19,044 nt of DNA, from contig NW_021824335.1 in the NCBI RefSeq assembly GCF_006345805.1, forward strand, positions 1-19,044, written 5' to 3'. The notes under the pieces are model-generated. The model was given only the letters and a program-made list of their open reading frames with translations. It did not search any database and was not told the origin of the DNA. The stretch's first letter is position 1; every line of letters begins with the position of its first letter. Source of the stretch: Octopus sinensis. Its lineage: Eukaryota. This document shows positions 9,681 through 19,044 of this stretch, piece by piece. The translations under genes were made by a program, and so were the position numbers.

Positions 9681-9860
9681 CTCCACTTGACGACCGACGT
9701 TGGTATGTTTATGTTTAGGGTAAATTTGCAATTCAATAAAAAGAGACCCATAGACTAAGAACCAGGTCTAAGATTTGTACTGGGATCACATTGTCTGACT
9801 AAATCCGCTAAGCCGTTGCCCAGCATGGCCACAGGTCTGTGCCTGGAACAAGTAAATGAT
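9681..9860 (+). mobile_element. Diverged copy of the 9070-9278 repeat module
   Basis: Collinear motifs TTGACGACCGACGTTGG, AAGAGACC and CCAGCATGGCCACAG, preceded by a TA/TG microsatellite as in the first copy. Confidence 0.55.
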
Positions 9861-10080
9861 AAAACGTATTCTATTAAATCGTTTACTTAAATATTATATA
9901 CTTTCTCCTCTCTCACCTGGATGTTTGATTTTCTGTCTCAAATTGAAATTAACTTTGCTGCTATTTCTAGCGATTCTAGTCAACACGTTCAGCTTTCCTG
10001 CTGTTGCCAGGATTTTTTCTTTCTCCCATTTAAGTTCAGCTCCTGCCTCTCAACAAAATAAATAACAGAAACATATTAAA

Positions 10081-10296
10081 TTCTCTTCAAATTTTGGCAC
10101 AGGGCCAGTAATTTCAGGAGAAAAGGTTAAGTCGATTTTATCTACACCGGGGCTCAAACCGTACTTATTCTATCGACCCCGAGAGAGTAAAGAGCAAATT
10201 GGATCTCAGCATAAATTGAAACCAGAACCTAAAGATCCATGTAATTCCGCTAGACATTTTGTCCGTCGTGGTAACGATTCAGCCAGATCACCGACT
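10081..10296 (-). mobile_element. Diverged SINE family A copy
   Basis: The minus strand reads TGGCTGAATCGTTA...TCGGGGTCGATAGAATAAGTAC...ATCGACTTAACC, collinear with 6911-7080. Confidence 0.72.
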
Positions 10297-10384
10297 TATG
10301 ACAACGTCACGCAATATTTGACATTATAGAATATGGTAGAAAATATAATATAGTTTAGTATTTTAATGAAACATATCTCAAGGT

Positions 10385-10426
10385 GACGATTGCTTCGAGG
10401 TTTCGCAAGCAACAGCTACTCATCAG
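10385..10426 (-). ncRNA. Hammerhead-like core, incomplete stems I and III
   Basis: Minus strand reads CTGATGA-GTAGC-TGTT-GCTTGC-GAAAC-(12 nt)-GTC. The core and stem II are good, but stem I is not in register. Confidence 0.35.
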
Positions 10427-10601
10427 CTTCTATAGTGAGATATTAATTATGGTACCCCAGTAAGGTCGGTCGAAATTTCCTGAACCGCAATAACATAACA
10501 CAGGTAGAGAAAAACGTTACACATTTGTACACATACACATATGCCTGACAAGTTCAGTTCGTAAACACGCGATCTCGGGTTCGGTCTTACGGCGGGACTT
10601 T

Positions 10602-10900
10602 TTTGAAGAAGATAAAGATGAAGGAGAGGGAAAAGGAGGAGGGGAAAGGAAGGAGGAGAAGAAAAAGAAGGAAAATAAGAAAGGATAGAAGAGGAGAAGA
10701 AGGAGAAGTAAGAGGTGAGGAAATAAAGGTGACGTAAAAGGAGGACGAGGGAAGGAGAATAAGAAGGAAGAGGGGGAGGAGGAGGAGGAGGAGAAGAAGA
10801 AGAAGAAGAAGAAGAAGAAGAAGAAGATGGAGAAATAGAAGGGGGAGAAGAAGAAGAAGAAGAAGAAGAAGAAGGAGAAGTAGAAGGGGAGAAGAAGAAG

Positions 10901-10930
<30 letters not shown>
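10602..10930. repeat. Homopurine (GAA/GGA)n tract
   Basis: About 330 bp that are almost exclusively A/G, ending in long (GAA)n runs. Confidence 0.95.
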
Positions 10931-10931
<1 letters not shown>

Positions 10932-11239
10932 TATTTATTTGCAGCACAGACCATTTAGTACATCAGTGTAATTCGCAAATATTAGCCGACTCCATGCGTT
11001 TTTATCTTTCCTTCTCTCTCCCTCACACTGTTTCACTGTAAATCCCTCTCGTCGTCCACTCGTTTTCTCCTTTCTGCCTCTTCCTCTCCCCTTGTTTCCC
11101 CTTCACAGATCTGACAACAAACGTGTGGGCGTCAGCGCAGACGGATTGTGCCATGAACCGTGAAGGAAGCTCACCTTTCTGTTGTTATTTGTTAATTCAT
11201 TCAACTGCGATCAGACAATTGTTCAGTGATGGCTACAAC

Positions 11240-11685
11240 CATCACCACCACCACCACCACCATCATTCATCATCATCATTCATCATCATCATCATCACCA
11301 TCATCACTAACATCATCATTACCGTTGTCGCGGCTGCAGTCGTCATTGTCGTAGCCATTATCATGGACGCTGTCATCGTTATCATTATCGTCATAATCGT
11401 CACCGTCACTACCACTACCACCACCACCATCATCATCATCATAATCATCATAATCATAATCATCATCATCATCATCATCATCTTCATTATCTTCTTTACC
11501 AATCATCTACAACACCAACATCACCACCAAGGTTGTCATGATCATCATCATAATCATCATCATCATCATCACTATCATCATCGTTGTCACCGTCGCAGTC
11601 GTCATCTTGTCATCGTCGTCGTTGTCATCATCATCATTATCATATCATTATCGCCATAATCATCATCATCATCATCATCATCACC
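11240..11685. repeat. (CAT/CAC/CGT)n low-complexity trinucleotide region
   Basis: Degenerate CAT-family triplets. They produce the poly-H/I/D/M ORFs. Confidence 0.93.
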
Positions 11686-11745
11686 AACTAAAATTATTAA
11701 ATCATTTGTATATATATGTACATATATATAGATATATATATATAT

Positions 11746-11832
11746 AGAAAGAGAGAAAGAAAGAGAGAGAGAGAAAGAGAGAGAGAAAGAGAGAAAGAGA
11801 GAGAGAAAGAGAGAAAGAGAGAGAGAGAGAGA
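11746..11832. repeat. (AG)n/(AAAG)n microsatellite
   Basis: Direct AG and AAAG units. Confidence 0.95.
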
Positions 11833-11946
11833 TAAATGAAAGTACACAAATGAAACTAGCAAGTTTACGAAGCGAAAAGTTGAACAAACAACCCAACAAA
11901 CAAATAAAATAAAACAGCGAATTCTGACAATAAAAAAAAGAGACTG

Positions 11947-11975
11947 TAACGTTTCGGAGGACACCCTTTTATCAA
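11947..11975 (-). ncRNA. Degenerate minimal hammerhead-like motif
   Basis: Minus strand reads TTGATAA-AAGGGTGTCCTCC-GAAAC-GTT with a palindromic AACGTT. It has the same TTGATAA variant as 1480-1486. Confidence 0.33.
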
Positions 11976-12321
11976 AGAAGAGTAAAGAAAAGTCAAGAGA
12001 AAAATTATATATACAGTAGTGAATTTATATCATTTTCTTCATGTGCCTTGTCTTGTATAAAATAAAGTTATTATCCTACATAATATACATACATACAGAT
12101 ATGCATACATACATACATACATACATACATACATACATACATACATACATACATACATACACGGACATGATCATCATCGTAATTTTAAGTCCAATCTTAC
12201 CATGTTGGCATATATGTGAATATGTATATGTATGTTATCCTCGCGTGCGAGCGTGTGTAGTATGCATATACGTATAAATATACATGTGTATGTACATAGC
12301 CATGTGTGGTGTATATATATA

Positions 12322-12352
<31 letters not shown>

Positions 12353-12371
12353 CAGGTATATGTGTGTTTGC

Positions 12372-12415
<44 letters not shown>

Positions 12416-12562
12416 ATTTTCCATATTGGGATGTTTGTCAGTGTGTGTGTGTGTGTGTGTGTGTGGTGTGGTGTGTGTCCTATGTGTGTGTGTTTATGTC
12501 CGTCTGTGATTAGAAAAATAATACAATAAAACAATAAAAATCGTGTTAGCAGAGCTTTAAAC

Positions 12563-12598
<36 letters not shown>

Positions 12599-12700
12599 TC
12601 ATGTATGTCCCTTTGCAGACAACCTCTCTCATTCTCTCACATTATGCATGTAAATTCAATCAGATCCGTCACCAATTTCTCTTTCTCTTTCTCTCCTCTC

Positions 12701-12732
<32 letters not shown>

Positions 12733-13089
12733 TGCACACACGCACATTCTCTTTCCTTCTCTCAGGCCAATCTTCTTCCCATTCCTTGGTCTGCCTCTCT
12801 TAAATGACTCCTTATAAATCCATTAGAGAAATTATCCACTCCATAAATGATTTTCGGATGCTGCACGTGCAAAAAATGGTTCCGCTTTCTTCCTTACTGT
12901 CAAGCCACATTGGATACTTTCATCTTTTCTCGTCATCTTTTTCCCTCTCCTTCTCTCTTTCTCTTTCTTTATGTTTTTTCTTTCTTTCTAAAATGTCATC
13001 CATTATAAAATTGTTACAATTTAATATGAATAAATATTTATTTCTGTTTTTTTCCCTCCCTTTTACCGCACCTGTATTACGTGGCGCCA

Positions 13090-13333
13090 TTAAAATATTG
13101 CCATCAACGTCGCCGTCATCATCGTCTCCATTCCTTGTTGTCATCGTTGGTGTCATCGTCATTGTCATCGTTATAACGATCGTCGTCGTTATTGTTCTGC
13201 TCGTCGTCATTATTATAACCATCATCGATGATGTTGTCCTCCTCCTCCGCCTCATCATCATCATCTTCATCATCATCATCATCGTCGTCGTTGTCATCAT
13301 CATCGTCATAATCATTCCTGCCCCCCCCCCCCC
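13090..13333. repeat. (CAT/CGT)n low-complexity tract ending in poly-C
   Basis: Degenerate triplets and a C run at about 13321-13333. Confidence 0.9.
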
Positions 13334-13710
13334 GTCCGTCAACTGTTTAACCAAATTATTTAGCGAACAAAGGAAGGTCCCCTGCGCACTGGATCAACCT
13401 ATGCGAACCAAGAACCAAATCGCCCTCAAAACACACCTCAATCGCCTTAAAGAATGAGGTTATAATGAGGTTATACGGAGTTGTTGTACAGAAAGTTGAG
13501 CTTTAAAAACAGGAAGTAGCGCATTTTGATGAAAAAGGACCCGACGACCCACCTATGACCATCCCCTGAATGGTCATAGCTGGGGCGTTATAACCAACCG
13601 CAAATCCTTAAACTTGCTCCTTATAATCCTGTAAATAATATTTTGAATGCAGCTGATTATTATTTCCTCTACAAATGACAGAGTCACACATATGTTCGTG
13701 AACATAACCA

Positions 13711-13947
13711 ATATCTATTTCTTTACTACCCACATGGGGCTAAACACAGAGGAGACAAACAAGGACAGACAAAGGGATTAAGTCGATTACATCGACCCCA
13801 GTGCGTAACTGGTACTTAATTTATCGACCCCGGAAGGATGAAAGGCAAAGTCGACCTTGGCGGAATTTGAACTCGGAACGTAATGGCAGACGAAATACGG
13901 CAATGCATTTCGCCCGGCGTGCTAACGTTTCTTCCAGCTCACTTGCG
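13711..13947 (-). mobile_element. Full-length SINE family A copy
   Basis: Closely matches the reverse complement of 6911-7146, including the B-box, the central domain and the GTTTGTC..CTGTGTTTAGCCC...GTAGTAAAGAAATAG tail. Confidence 0.87.
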
Positions 13948-14531
13948 CTCATCCAAATCCAAAAAATATGGTACTTAGCCATTTAAACAGAGCAGTTTAA
14001 GGAATGGCATTGAACATATTGGGGGTCTTTTGCTTCCGCTTGAGATTATGATTTTCCCACATTCCTGAGGTTGCGGCCCATATTGGTAGTGAATATCTTG
14101 CCCTACCTTCTTGGCTTGTCTCTGGGTCATGTCAGTTGGAGGGAGTGAGATGCAATCGCAGATAAGGTGACTTTCAGTTCCGCTGTCGAGTAGGAGGGTG
14201 CTACAGCAAGCACGGAAGCAGCGGGCGCGAAGCCGAGTGAAGCTCAGCGCAGGTGGAATAACATAATGCACGGGATTTGTTGGCATTTTTTCACGAGAGG
14301 CTTACAAATATTTCTTTGCAGAATGAAAGCATTGATTTTCGATGCTTATTGGCATCTCATGAGCGATCGATCTCTCGTTTCACTAATCCCATAGAAATAA
14401 GCTGCGTCTCGGTGTATGTACACTACAAATCTAGAAGCTTCAGAGAACTGGTACAACTAATTAGCATACAGCAACCTGTCAACGGGGATTACAGTTCACA
14501 CCAAGTCAAGGTATTATAAATAGACACACAA

Positions 14532-14562
<31 letters not shown>

Positions 14563-14756
14563 TTCATAAACACTTTAATGAATTGCATTGTGAGCGCATT
14601 CAGAAACGTTTCGTATAGACGAACTTAAAAGATATGTATGTATGTATGTACGTATGTATGTATGTATGTATGTATGTATGTATGTATGTATATATATAAT
14701 ATATATAATTATATATATATATATATTCAAAATAAGCAACAGGATATCCAGCGGTA

Positions 14757-14845
14757 ATGCAGTACGATCGTCTCATGCAACTCCATTTAATTGAATAATG
14801 CAATCATCACATCAATTTAAAATGCATAGCAATCTTCAGTTGCAC
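14757..14845 (-). ncRNA. Mutated mirror hammerhead
   Basis: Minus strand reads GTGCAA-CTGAAGA-TTGC...GCAT-GAGAC-GATC-GTA-CTGCAT. GAAA is changed to GAGA and the base pairs closing stems I and II are broken. Confidence 0.6.
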
Positions 14846-15030
14846 AAAAACATAGAATTGATGGACACATTAGTATAATTATACCTAAAATCTCCAAGAA
14901 GTTAAGGAGTAACTTCTAAACTGGAGTGAGGCAGCAAGTTCTTTGTCTATCTCCTTAACTTCTTGGAGATTTTAGGTATAATTATATTACTGTGTCCATC
15001 AGTTCTAATTTGATTAAATTCTATGTCTTT

Positions 15031-15119
15031 GTGCAGCTGAAGATTGCTCTGAATTTTAAATTGATGTAATAATTGCATTGTTCAGTTAAATGGAGTTGCA
15101 AGAAACGATCGTACTGCAT
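15031..15119 (+). ncRNA. Type I hammerhead ribozyme with intact core (PLE-type)
   Basis: Stem I GTGCAG (15031-36)/CTGCAT (15114-19), CTGAAGA (15037-43), stem II TTGC (15044-47)/GCAA (15098-101), GAAA (15102-05), C-G stem III with palindromic GATC loop, and a GTA triplet with predicted cleavage after 15113. Confidence 0.78.
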
Positions 15120-15688
15120 TACCGCTGGATATCCTTGCTGCTTATTTTGTTTACATATATATACATGTATACATATATGTATATATGAATATATATATAT
15201 ATATAATGTATATATGTATACATATATATATATATACATATCTATATACATATATATATGTAGATACATATATATATAATGTGCTGGCATCTTTCATATA
15301 CATCTGTCTATATAATATATTATATTATATTGTATTATACTATATTCTATGTTGTATATGTCATTTACTATGTATTGTGAATAGCAGAATGCACATAATC
15401 TAATATTAATATTAATAATAATAATATTGGTAATGTAATGAACGTTGTATATGGACTCATGAATATGGATGTATTTTATATTCTAGTATATATAATTGAT
15501 TCTCTGTAACCGTATGTGTATGTATATTTATATATATATATATTATATATTATATATATATATATAATATATATATATATTACACTTATGTATGTATAAT
15601 ATATATATATATTATATATATATATTTATCCAATGTATGTGTATTTTGTTTCATATTTATATTTGCATTTTTACAATTGTACTTTATA

Positions 15689-15705
15689 ACCGCTGACGAG
15701 GCCTT

Positions 15706-15754
<49 letters not shown>

Positions 15755-15845
15755 CCTCATTTTTAACTGCATATTACCTCAATACATCTGACTAATATAG
15801 GCAGAATGAGATACTTTTATCTATAGGCTGAAACAGCTGTAAGGT
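15689..15845 (+). ncRNA. Type I hammerhead-like motif with 120-nt stem II insertion
   Basis: ACCG-CTGACGA (15693-99)-GGCCT...AGGCT (15825-29)-GAAAC-AGCT-GTA (15839-41)-AGGT. The core is intact, the loop is palindromic (CAGCTG), and there is one mismatch at the first stem I pair. Confidence 0.62.
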
Positions 15846-16067
15846 CCATTTTATGTGTATTATTCTTATGGTATTGCATATTGATGTATATTATTTTGTT
15901 CGATTTGGAAGTTCCTAGTTAATAAATAATATGAAATGGTAATATCTGTAAGTCGATGATTGAGATGAATTTGTTCCTTCATTTTCTTATTTGTATAACA
16001 ATATATATATATATACTATTATATATGTGTATATATATGTATATAAATATATGTATATAAATGTATA

Positions 16068-16099
<32 letters not shown>

Positions 16100-16318
16100 G
16101 ATATGTATGTCTATATATTTATATAGGTATATGTATATTATATGCATAAATACATATACACACACTCACACAGACAGACACACAGACACACAAGTAAGCA
16201 CATATATGCAAACCGAAGAGGGAAAGTGTATTCGAATACGAATGGTAGAATAAATATGCTTTAATTAAGCCGTAAAATATTACACACACCACATACACAC
16301 ACACACACACATATGTAT

Positions 16319-16369
<51 letters not shown>

Positions 16370-16854
16370 TTATAAATTTGTAATAAAACCGAAGGCTTTA
16401 AAATACAGAGAAGAGGGACACACGTAAGTCCTTTTTAATAATAACTATAAATATATAATATTCATATTATAATATGTTGCATATATACATAAATGGTGAT
16501 CATACGTAATATTTTCTGCCCAAACACTATTCGTAGGAATGATTCAATGATTCAATTGCTGAATTGACCGCCGTATATAACAGGTATTTGTCATCAATCC
16601 TTTTGAAGACTAAAACAAAGAGGTGCGACTTAAATCGAGAATGTAAATGGAACTAATTTTGTCCAAACGTTTCTGCTTCACAACATCCACCATTAACTGA
16701 AAATTGAATTTAAACACAACAGAATATACTTCAACACACGAACTCATATAAAGAATCTTGCAAACCAAATCCCAAAACGAAATATAATGAATTTAGATAT
16801 TTTATATGATTACGTATATAATTTCATCTTATCATAATTACTGCCTTCCATATT

Positions 16855-17107
16855 TGCTGCTGCTGTTGCTGCTGCTGTTGCTTGCTGCTGTTGCTGCTTC
16901 TGCTGCTGTTGCTGCTGTTACTGCTGCTGCTGCTACTGATGATGATGATCATAACGAATGTGGTGGGGATGAAAATGATGACGTTGATGATAATTATGAT
17001 CTATCATCATCTTCGTCATCATTATCATCGTCATCATCATCATCATTAACATCATTAACATCATCATCACCCTCATCATCATCACCACCATCATCTTCAT
17101 CATCATC

Positions 17108-17138
<31 letters not shown>

Positions 17139-17275
17139 TCGTCATCATCATCATCATCTCCACCACCACCTCCACCATCACATCATCATCATCATCATCA
17201 TCATCAACACTACCACCACCACCACCACCATCACATCATCATCATCATCACCAGCAGCAGCAGTAACAGCAAGAG
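16855..17275. repeat. (GCT)n/(GAT)n/(CAT)n/(CAC)n low-complexity tract
   Basis: Consecutive trinucleotide runs. They produce ORF 16806-17477. Confidence 0.93.
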
Positions 17276-17599
17276 TAGCATCACCGATTCCCTGCTTTAT
17301 TTATCTATCCATTCTTTCTTTTGTTCCACGCACACTGCCGCCATATATTTCCATCACAACTGCACAATACAATGCGCAATAATGCACAACAATGCATCAG
17401 CAATGCAGCCACAACTGCAGCACATGTGGCTTTGGCATTTGACACCTTTATTTACATATCAACCAAACCGGAAATAGTTTTTATACTTCCGGCTCACATG
17501 TCATCTGTTTGTTTTACGCATGTGTGCAAAGCTTCTTCCACGTTGAGACGGTGTTTTATGCGCGTGTGTATGCATGTCTGTGTCTACGGCTCTCAATGC

Positions 17600-17870
17600 G
17601 CATGGTTGTGTTTGTGTGTGTGTGCGTGTGCGCGCGTGTGTATGTGTGTGTGTGTGTGTGTCTTTGTGTGTGTGTCTGTGTGTGCTTATTTCGGGAAAAT
17701 ATTGTCTCGGCAATTTTGCGTATGGATGTACGAGTGAGTGTGCGTATGTGCGCGTGTGTGTGTGTGTGTGCATGTATGTGTGTGTGAGTGTGTGTGTGTG
17801 TGCATGTATGTATGTGTGAGTGTGTGTGCGTATGTGTGTGGGGGGTGTGAGTGTGTGTGCGTGTGTGTAT
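17600..17870. repeat. Degenerate (GT)n microsatellite
   Basis: GT/GC/AT dinucleotide alternation. Confidence 0.93.
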
Positions 17871-18325
17871 ATGCAGATGTGTTGGTGTTCGTTTGCATGC
17901 ATTTGTGTATGTTTTTCTGCATGTATTTTCTCTGTATTTACACTTGTTGTTGTTCTTCTTCTTTAGCCTTCAAATCAAACCCGAGCATTCGAAGTTCAAG
18001 CCCAGCCGATCACACCTTTCGTTTTACTTACAAATATTTTCTTGTATTTTACGCAGAATGACGTTGAGCCATGACTATTGCTTTTCTTAAGATGATACAA
18101 TGTGCTTTAAGGGAGATTTAACTACTATGTCTAACAAATCGAGCGACACCGTAGAGCTCCCATCCTCCATTCATTCTGGCCCATTCATGTACGTTCATGT
18201 GGTTCTCTGCGTATACATGTCTATACATGTCGCATTGTATCAATGAGTGTGTGCGTGGAAGTGTATGTGTATGTGTGTACATATGTATGTCTTTGTCCTG
18301 ATATGTGTATGTGTTTCTATATATA

Positions 18326-19044
18326 CAGTTGCGGCCAAAATGTTCAGAACGACATTGTTTTCGTCAGAAAAGTAGGTATAAGTTTTTATCAAAGTTGTTT
18401 TATATTCTATAATTTTCACAGACAATAAATACAATATTAATTGTTATTGTCTGAGATTTTGGTGTAATTTGAGAGGATAATACAAAAGTTATAGATGCTT
18501 TAGTGATTTACTGCAAAACCCATGGCGGCCAAAATTATCAGAACGGTTGAAAAAATAACAAAATAATCAAAAATGACAGAGAATACTGGAATTATTTAAT
18601 ATTTAGTGTGAAGCCCTTTAGCTTCAATCACACTCTGACATCGTCGACTGCATGAGGAAATTAAATTTTCAATTTCTTGCTGGGTGATCTTATTCCATTC
18701 TTCCTGAAGGGCATTCCATAATTGCTCAGTTGTTTTAGGATTTCTGGCTTTCGAACGTTCTCCTAGAATATTCCACACATTTTCAATAGGATTGAGATCT
18801 GGGCTTTGAGCTGGCTAATCCATAACAATAGCCTTTTCAGCCTTGAGGAAGTTTATGACCACCTTAGCCTTGTGACATGGGGCATTGTCCTGCGTGAATA
18901 TGGGTGGTTGCTTAGTTGAATTTCTCAGCACAGGCAAGACATGATCTTTTACAAGTTGTTTATAAACTCCTGCATTTACCTTTCCATGTAATCGCACCAA
19001 AGGGCCGACACCATCTCCAGATATCATCCCCCAAACCATGACAC
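18326..19044 (-). mobile_element. Tc1-family DNA transposon (DD34E), 3' half, truncated by the window end
   Basis: The TIR CAGTTGCGGCCAAAATGTTCAGAAC follows a TA (18324-25), with an inner direct repeat at 18525-18544. The transposase reads VWG...QDNAPCH...D*PAQSPDLNPIEN.W...TKY, with exactly 34 residues between the second D and the E. Confidence 0.95.
18596..19044 (-). pseudogene. Tc1 transposase C-terminal half with one nonsense mutation
   Basis: ORFs 18815-19039 and 18596-18778 are in the same frame. They are separated only by a TAG at 18815-18817 that replaces the conserved W of WPxxSPDLNPIE. Confidence 0.92.

Larger units (their letters stand above)
14728..15149. repeat. 422-bp fold-back element carrying hammerhead motifs in both arms
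   Basis: Bases 14728-14909 are the reverse complement of 14951-15149, with about 14 substitutions, a 1-nt indel and a 16-nt indel at a TAGAA microhomology. The spacer is 41 nt and TA-rich runs flank both sides. Confidence 0.92.

Noticed and set aside
11123-11659. 178-aa His/Ile-rich ORF and its Asp-rich and Met-rich antisense ORFs
   Set aside because: CAT-family triplet repeats lack stops in several frames, so there is no coding evidence.
12804-13457. 217-aa ORF
   Set aside because: It is stitched from CT- and CAT-type low-complexity sequence with no domain.
14595-14630. GAAACGTTTC palindrome, a possible hammerhead half
   Set aside because: No CUGANGA on either strand at a suitable distance.
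16806-17477. 223-aa poly-L/A/D/S/H ORF
   Set aside because: Consecutive trinucleotide microsatellites, with no splice or homology support.
283-17900. CRISPR-like arrays, rRNA, bona fide tRNA genes or prokaryotic operons
   Set aside because: The repeats are 2-4-nt microsatellites without unique spacers. The tRNA-like boxes belong to SINE heads with no full cloverleaf. Nothing in the sequence looks prokaryotic.

Overview
Eukaryotic, AT-rich, microsatellite-saturated DNA with no recognisable host gene. It is most likely intronic or intergenic cephalopod (Octopus-like) sequence, inferred from recalled SINE families and repeat density. The window is a nested transposon graveyard: 5'-truncated CR1-type and RTE-type LINEs, two different R4/Dong-type fragments stacked at an (AAT)n tract, two tRNA-derived SINE families, a hAT MITE with a perfect 8-bp TSD, a near-intact DD34E Tc1 element cut by the window end, and an older Tc1 relic. 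Nearly all long ORFs in the supplied track are microsatellite artefacts. The most interesting signal is a dispersed set of about eight type I hammerhead-ribozyme-like motifs of the minimal Penelope-like-element (PLE) kind. Four of them sit in the arms of two large fold-back palindromes (834-1581 and 14728-15149) flanked by (TA)n. The motif at 15031-15119 has a complete catalytic core, while its mirror copy carries a GAAA>GAGA change. Several motifs have unusually long stem II insertions, one of which contains a (TA)n microsatellite.
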